Assembly: GCA_044440125.1 (NCBI GenBank)
Contig: JBITAJ010000021.1
Coordinates: 160,001 to 224,000 of the forward strand
Direction: 5' to 3'
DNA: 64,000 nucleotides
Source: Sedimentisphaeraceae bacterium JB056
GTDB lineage: Bacteria; Planctomycetota; Phycisphaerae; Sedimentisphaerales; Sedimentisphaeraceae
In this document: positions 58,596 to 64,000 of the stretch, one piece after another
Position numbering within the stretch: position 1 is the first letter of the stretch
Layout of the letters: each line of letters starts with the position of its first letter
Translations under genes and position numbers: made by a program
Notes under the pieces: generated by a model
Database searches by the model: none
What the model was told of the DNA's origin: nothing
What the model saw: only the letters and a program-made list of their open reading frames with translations

Positions 58596-60215
58596 TTACC
58601 AGAAACACCAGTAAATAACGATGATAGTTCCATACAAGGCAATAAACCACAATAGCAGGCTTTTGTACCACGGACGTTTGGTACCATCATCATAAGCTGT
58701 CAATAAAGACATTCTCCATTGATAAGGCCCGCTCTGAGCTTCCGATGGCGGCGGGGTCAGAAGAGATACAACAACAATGCCGACCATAATTATTACCTGT
58801 GATATAAACCCAAGATAGAGCCAATTCATATCCAGAAAACTCAGCGCCTCTACATTACGACCCAGTACCGGACCACCAAACCCAAGCCCCATGGCAATCA
58901 AAGTTCCAACCGTTACAGCAAAGAAAGCACCCTGAGAATTTGTTCTCCGCCAGAAGATACCAAGTAGCAGTATCGAAATAAACGGCGTAGCAAGAAAAGT
59001 TACGCCTTTCTGAAAATATAGAAAGATACCTCCCAGGTTTTCTACTACAGGACACACCAACGCGGCAATTGCCAAAGAAGTCATAGCTGCAATACGTCCG
59101 ACAGTTACGATACGTCTGTCAGAAACTCCAGGATTTATGATCTTTTTATAAACATCCAGTGAAAATATAGTGGCCGTTGAATTAGACAGCGCACCAATTG
59201 TTGACATAACCGCTGCCGCAAAACCTGCAAGAATAACACCTCTCAAGCCCCAGGAAGGAGCAAAATGCTCCAAGGCAAAGGGGAAGGCCATATCCCTGTT
59301 CTCAAGCGGCTCAGCCATATTCATTTCATGTACCCAGTGATAAACAATCAAGCCCAAAAACGCTGTTACAAGCGGACGGAGTCGATTAATAAAACCGGCA
59401 AATATAATTCCCATGATACCGTCCCATGTTGATCTGGCACCAAGCACTCTTTGAATCATCACCTGATTCGCTGCCTGATAAAACAGAAACACACCAAAGC
59501 TTGCAAAAACAAGACCAAGCATAGGAGCTATAGGATCGCTTGGCGGACGATAGAGATGGAACCTCTCAGGATTCGCCTCAGTCATTGCCGCCCAACCTCC
59601 AGGTATTTTATCAAGAGAAACAAAGAAGAGTATCACACCGCCGCCAACAAGCATAAGACATTGCAAAGCATCCGCCCATACCACCGAGGCTAAACCTCCT
59701 TTTACGCTATAAAGACCGATCACGATTACAGTAAGCCACAGCACAAAGTAGAAATTCCAACCAGTCAGCTTTGAAAACGCCAGACTGCCCCCATAAAGTA
59801 CAGGAACCATGAAAACAAACACGTACGCAACAAGCATTATAAGGCTGTAAATATAGCTGCACCTGGAATCATATCTCTTTGCAAAGAATTCAGGAATAGT
59901 TCGGATATGATTCTTAAGATAAATCGGTATAAAGAATAGAATCAGAGGTATATAAGCCAAACCAAACCATTCCCAGTTTGCAATAGCCATTCCATGCTCA
60001 TAAGTAGCTCCAACGGTACCCACAATCTGTTCACTGGAAACACTTGTCGAAACAAATGCCGCACCAATAACATACCACGGCAACTTTCCTGAAGCAAGGA
60101 AATAGCCGTCGGCTGTTTTCTCCTGATTTCGCGAAGCAATAAGACCCACTACAATAACAAGCAGAGGACAAACTACAAGAATTAAAACATCAAGGAAGCT
60201 TAAAGAAAATTCCAT
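58596..60215 (-). CDS. Sodium:solute symporter, sugar (SGLT-like) type (likely start 60215)
   Basis: GYFLASGKLPW, SSEQIVG, GGLASVVWAD, NQVMIQRVLGA, AAVMST. Confidence 0.93.
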   Translation of the reverse strand: MEFSLSFLDVLILVVCPLLVIVVGLIASRNQEKTADGYFLASGKLPWYVIGAAFVSTSVSSEQIVGTVGATYEHGMAIANWEWFGLAYIPLILFFIPIYLKNHIRTIPEFFAKRYDSRCSYIYSLIMLVAYVFVFMVPVLYGGSLAFSKLTGWNFYFVLWLTVIVIGLYSVKGGLASVVWADALQCLMLVGGGVILFFVSLDKIPGGWAAMTEANPERFHLYRPPSDPIAPMLGLVFASFGVFLFYQAANQVMIQRVLGARSTWDGIMGIIFAGFINRLRPLVTAFLGLIVYHWVHEMNMAEPLENRDMAFPFALEHFAPSWGLRGVILAGFAAAVMSTIGALSNSTATIFSLDVYKKIINPGVSDRRIVTVGRIAAMTSLAIAALVCPVVENLGGIFLYFQKGVTFLATPFISILLLGIFWRRTNSQGAFFAVTVGTLIAMGLGFGGPVLGRNVEALSFLDMNWLYLGFISQVIIMVGIVVVSLLTPPPSEAQSGPYQWRMSLLTAYDDGTKRPWYKSLLLWFIALYGTIIVIYWCFW

Positions 60216-60235
60216 TAAAATCTCCAAATTTATTT

Positions 60236-60538
60236 TTATATTTCAATATCTGCTAAAGGAAAATGCTGCTGCGACCCGTAAACATCACGATCACCAACAG
60301 AGCCTGAACTTACAAGTCGAGGCATAGAAACCTTAACCGCCATTATCTCTGTAAAGGAATATATCTCAACACTATCTGCAGGCACATTGTACAGAGAAGA
60401 AATTACGTCTTTGTTAAAAGCATGCGAACACACAAGTTTCTCAAAATCATTTTTAGAATCAAAAAACATATCAATTGTAAGGGTAAAAGGGCCAGCATTC
60501 TTGCTTCTTATAACTCTCGACAAATCATATAATTTCAT
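60236..60538 (-). CDS. DUF4387-family small protein (likely start 60538)
   Basis: VIRSKNAGPFTLTIDMFF...SGSVGDRDVYGSQQHFPL. Confidence 0.85.
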   Translation of the reverse strand: MKLYDLSRVIRSKNAGPFTLTIDMFFDSKNDFEKLVCSHAFNKDVISSLYNVPADSVEIYSFTEIMAVKVSMPRLVSSGSVGDRDVYGSQQHFPLADIEI

Positions 60539-60539
60539 T

Positions 60540-61895
60540 TCAAAATTCCTCAAAATTGACTTTGAACAAATTGTCCTGCGAAGTAATTTCCATCAGATGA
60601 TATACGGAAAACTCGTAGACAGCACCACATGAGACATCTGAAGGAGAAAATGGGAAAGCAAGATTACCGGCAGTAGTCTTGCGTCCTTCAAACGGCTGAT
60701 GTAGAGCAGTTGAACGGGCAAGACTGACAATTGTATCAGCCAATTGCTGAGTAGGAGCAACAGCTTCAATAAGAATACCAACCTCACGAGGAAGCGGCTC
60801 AGGCATTGGCTCCATAGAGCCGGTAACAGCGTCAATGCCGTAACGTCTGAAATTAAGCGTATATTCTTCCGGAGAGACTATACCCTCAAGATTTGCTTCA
60901 ACTTTTTCACGAACACCGGTCTCTATTTTATCTATCGCCGCGATAGCAACAGGATCACGCAAACCTGCAATCGTTATAGCTCTATAACCGACAAGTGATG
61001 CCCCTTCAAGTTTGAGCGTTTCTTTTTCCGGCGGCACAAGTCTGGTGCCACAAACTTTGACACCTCTATCACCACAAGAAACAAAGCTTGAAGCATTCAT
61101 ATCAACTTTCCCCTCCGGCTCATAAAAGCAGTTGGGATTAGGCTGTTCATACATAGAATGCGCGGCAACCGTCTCAGGCGTACACTTACGAGAAGGATTT
61201 GTCGGTTCAACAACAAAATTATCTTCTGATAAAGTTACTGTCAATGAATCATTCGCTCCGGCCGGTGATGCGCAGAGAGCACCGCACTCGGCGATTTTCG
61301 CAGCGTGTAGTGCCAGACCGGCATCAAATCCCTTAATAACAGGATAAGCCGTAAATATCGCCGTGTCACAGCATCTGCCGGCAATTACAACATCAGCCCC
61401 TGCTTCAAGAGCCTCAACAATAGGTTCTGTTCCCATTTGAGCCACTAAATGCGAGCTGTTCTCAATTGCCTGTCTGCTCAATTCGCCTGAATTCCCGCAA
61501 GAAGAGATGTAGCCTTCGTCTAAAGCCTGTACAACAACATCCTTTTCAATATCAGCGTAGATAACAGCCATTTTGAAATGCAAATTACAACGAACAGCTA
61601 TTTCCCTTACAATCTCAAGAAAACTGTCCACATGAGGTCTTGCACCAGATCCGCCTGCACTGCCGATTATAAGAGGTATTTTTTTCTCAACCGCAGTAAT
61701 TAACGCAGGCTCAAGATCACGTTTGATCTGCATAGGTTTCACAAAACCTTTTCCGCTACCTAAATAATAAGGTCCGGGATCTGTAGAACCATTATCCGCG
61801 CCGATAAAGTCATAATCATCTAACTTCTTAAGATTATCAGTGGGATAGCCATAGCCCAGCATCCCACATAGTGATAAATATTTTATTTCATTCAA
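60540..61895 (-). CDS. AtuA/DUF1446-family protein
   Basis: GMLGYGYP, DNGSTDPGPYYLG, GSAGGSG, VAQMG, GRCCD, AKIAECGA, AHSMYE. Confidence 0.85.
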   Translation of the reverse strand: MNEIKYLSLCGMLGYGYPTDNLKKLDDYDFIGADNGSTDPGPYYLGSGKGFVKPMQIKRDLEPALITAVEKKIPLIIGSAGGSGARPHVDSFLEIVREIAVRCNLHFKMAVIYADIEKDVVVQALDEGYISSCGNSGELSRQAIENSSHLVAQMGTEPIVEALEAGADVVIAGRCCDTAIFTAYPVIKGFDAGLALHAAKIAECGALCASPAGANDSLTVTLSEDNFVVEPTNPSRKCTPETVAAHSMYEQPNPNCFYEPEGKVDMNASSFVSCGDRGVKVCGTRLVPPEKETLKLEGASLVGYRAITIAGLRDPVAIAAIDKIETGVREKVEANLEGIVSPEEYTLNFRRYGIDAVTGSMEPMPEPLPREVGILIEAVAPTQQLADTIVSLARSTALHQPFEGRKTTAGNLAFPFSPSDVSCGAVYEFSVYHLMEITSQDNLFKVNFEEF

Positions 61896-61906
61896 TTCAC
61901 TAATTC

Positions 61907-62548
61907 CTATTTTGCTGCATTAACCTGTGTGTAATCAAAATTTTCTGGGATACCAAGAGATTTTGCGACATCATTCAATTTCTCATGAACATCAGAATCC
62001 AATTCATCAAAATAATTACGACCTGTGGAATCTATATCCACAAAGAACGGGCCGAACTTTTCAACCTCAAATACCCATGTTGCCTCTGTTTTCCCAAGCT
62101 CATCAAGAAAATATACATCATGAATTTTTCTAACCTGCTGAGATATCTGATTACCACATATCCCTATCTTGGTAAGATGAACACCCCCTACTTCAGCAAG
62201 CGCGGCAGCAGTATCAGGCCCCATAGTTGTCTTACCAATCAATGTTCTCAGATTCAGTTTCCTTACAACATCACCACCATATCTCTCGAAACGAATACTT
62301 GACGTAGGTTCTATACTTACAATCTCCCATCCGGCATCAGCCTTTCGCATAACAGGTCCAACATGAAAGAAGCAATTTATCTTTCCGTAATCTATCGGCG
62401 GCAATATATCATTTTCAACAGCCCGTATATGAAAACGGCTTCTACCGGTAAACAACATCCCGCTCACCGTAACGATATCACCTATTTTAAGTTTTCTTGC
62501 ATCTTCCGATGAAAGAGGAAGTTTAAGATCTATGACATTATCAGCCAT
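61907..62548 (-). CDS. Fe-S hydro-lyase (tartrate dehydratase / class I fumarase) beta subunit
   Basis: LKIGDIVTVSG..FTGR, FHVGP, PTSSIRF, FGPFFVDIDSTG. Confidence 0.88.
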   Translation of the reverse strand: MADNVIDLKLPLSSEDARKLKIGDIVTVSGMLFTGRSRFHIRAVENDILPPIDYGKINCFFHVGPVMRKADAGWEIVSIEPTSSIRFERYGGDVVRKLNLRTLIGKTTMGPDTAAALAEVGGVHLTKIGICGNQISQQVRKIHDVYFLDELGKTEATWVFEVEKFGPFFVDIDSTGRNYFDELDSDVHEKLNDVAKSLGIPENFDYTQVNAAK

Positions 62549-63446
62549 TGATTTCTCCTGTATATGAAATTTCGCCCTGTGATGTTATCTTAGCTCTCCA
62601 ACGACGGCCTATTGAACATTGCGCATTAATAGCTACAGGCAACGCCGCGGTATGAGTAACTGCCGTACGAATATGCAGACTCAATACAGCATTTATTCCA
62701 CGTGACCCCATCGGCCCCAAGCCAAGATTACGTATTCCTGAGATAAGTTTCTCTTCCAATTCCGCTATTTCAGGATCAGGATTACGCTTCCCAATAGAGC
62801 TTAATACAGCAGCCTCTTTTGCCATCTGCATACATATATCAGCCGTACCGCCAATACCTATACCAACGATAGCAGGCGGACAAACCTTACCGGCATAACA
62901 ACTGTTATAGATGCTGTCTAATACAAATTTACATATACCTGAAATACCATCTGCCGGATACATCATCCTGTAAAATGTGCCAAAAATTTCCGAACCGCCG
63001 CCTTTAGGCACAGCGATTATCTCAAGACCATCTCCATCATTATCAAACTTGAGATGAACCTTAGGAATTTCATTACCAATATTATTACCGGGATTATCGC
63101 GTGATATAGGATCAACCATAGTAGGACGCAGATAATTTTCTGCCGTAGCTTTTTCGGTAACATTCTGTGCGGCAGTCCATAAAGAACCAAAACCGCCTTC
63201 AATAACAGTCCCGTTACCGGCACGTACAAAAAACAAAGGATATCCGGTATCCCCGCATACCAAACCTTTACCCTCTGCCGCCAAGCGTGCATTTTCTATA
63301 GTAAGCTCCATATGCTTACGAGCTAAAGGATCAGTCTCTTCGTCCATAGCTTTTACGAGGGCCTGCTGAATATCATCAGGCATCAGCGTTGCCGCCTTGC
63401 GGATAGCCTCGTACATAGCTTCTTCAACTATCTGTTTAGTTATCAT
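62541..63446 (-). CDS. Fe-S hydro-lyase alpha subunit
   Basis: CGDTG, PKGGGSE, CPP..VGIGIGG, GPMG, QCS; three cluster Cys. Confidence 0.9.
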   Translation of the reverse strand: MITKQIVEEAMYEAIRKAATLMPDDIQQALVKAMDEETDPLARKHMELTIENARLAAEGKGLVCGDTGYPLFFVRAGNGTVIEGGFGSLWTAAQNVTEKATAENYLRPTMVDPISRDNPGNNIGNEIPKVHLKFDNDGDGLEIIAVPKGGGSEIFGTFYRMMYPADGISGICKFVLDSIYNSCYAGKVCPPAIVGIGIGGTADICMQMAKEAAVLSSIGKRNPDPEIAELEEKLISGIRNLGLGPMGSRGINAVLSLHIRTAVTHTAALPVAINAQCSIGRRWRAKITSQGEISYTGEING

Positions 63447-63476
63447 TGTATATTTATCTTTTGATTAACGTTGTAT

Positions 63477-63998
63477 TTAGTATTCACGCAACAGAGGTAA
63501 AGGTCTGGAAAGACGATTTGCAAGCTCTATCGCATTTCTACCTAATATTCTTTCCTTTGCATCCTCGGAGATATCGGCAAAAGCAATAGGTCCTATTGAT
63601 GTAGCCACATCCAAGTCGAGTGCATCGGAACCATGAATAATCTTCTCAATCGGCATACAATCCACCATATCTTTTATCGGAGAAAAATACCCCTCTACAA
63701 AAGAAGCACATGTACACTGGTAGATATTATCATATTTCTCAACAATCTTTTTGTACATAGTAGCGGCATGGCCAATAATGAAAAATACTTTCGGGAATGT
63801 CTTAGCCCAGAATTCCAGCCTTTCAACACTGCCCCAATCATGTGCAAGCGCCACCCAATTTTTATCAGAGGCATAATCGAATGCCGCCGAAAAATCAACC
63901 TCTATCCCCTCAACACCCTGATACTGATGAAGTATCTTTATTCCTCTTGTATTTGCCTTATAGCCATCGGCCAGTATCGATTCCCAATCCTGCTCAAA
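63477..63998 (-). CDS. Amidohydrolase_2-family metal-dependent hydrolase, 5' end beyond the window
   Basis: Frame stays open from 63854 to the window end (FEQDWESILADGYKANTRGIKILH...). Motifs LAH, IIGH, IIHGSD. Confidence 0.75.
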   Translation of the reverse strand, partial: FEQDWESILADGYKANTRGIKILHQYQGVEGIEVDFSAAFDYASDKNWVALAHDWGSVERLEFWAKTFPKVFFIIGHAATMYKKIVEKYDNIYQCTCASFVEGYFSPIKDMVDCMPIEKIIHGSDALDLDVATSIGPIAFADISEDAKERILGRNAIELANRLSRPLPLLREY

Positions 63999-64000
63999 AC

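Noticed and set aside
315..63898. The many 60-180 aa ORFs overlapping larger genes
   Set aside because: They are nested in or antisense to well-supported CDSs and show no recognisable protein features.
1..64000. CRISPR array, tRNA/rRNA, prophage or defence system
   Set aside because: No regularly spaced repeats, RNA gene signatures, or phage/defence proteins were recognised.

Overview
A gene-dense 64 kb accessory carbohydrate-catabolism region, mostly AT-rich. DUF1559-type prepilin proteins, dockerin-like 'W-L' repeats, LamG domains, many sulfatases and O2-sensitive glycyl-radical enzymes point to an anaerobic planctomycete or other PVC bacterium (inference). Five blocks are visible. (1) 1-14749: a LacI-associated unit with an FG-GAP propeller, Kelch-SSS fusion transporter, divergent PL8-like lyase, 2-hydroxyacid dehydrogenase, DUF1559 pilin, GH2, class II aldolase and PfkB kinase. 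(2) 14811-22017: an IclR/Fe-ADH operon with TWO short glycyl radical enzymes flanking one activase. (3) 22838-35001: two UroD/MtaA-like proteins behind three secreted paralogs of an unassigned putative (beta/alpha)8 glycosidase domain and a modular surface protein. (4) 35356-52930: a GntR-led run with a DUF1559 pilin, two sialidase-like propellers, a fourth copy of the unassigned domain, a GH141-like beta-helix, four sulfatases and an AmpG-like MFS, followed by an IS30 remnant. (5) 53366-64000: an amidohydrolase / Fe-S hydro-lyase / DUF1446-DUF4387 / SSS / aminotransferase / isomerase cluster. I also read two 122-bp MITE-like elements (one with a perfect 8-bp TSD), operator-like motifs and a candidate sRNA. 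No rRNA, tRNA or CRISPR array was seen. The best candidates for something new are the dual-GRE module and the four-copy unassigned glycosidase-like domain. All family calls are motif recognition by eye; no database searches were run.
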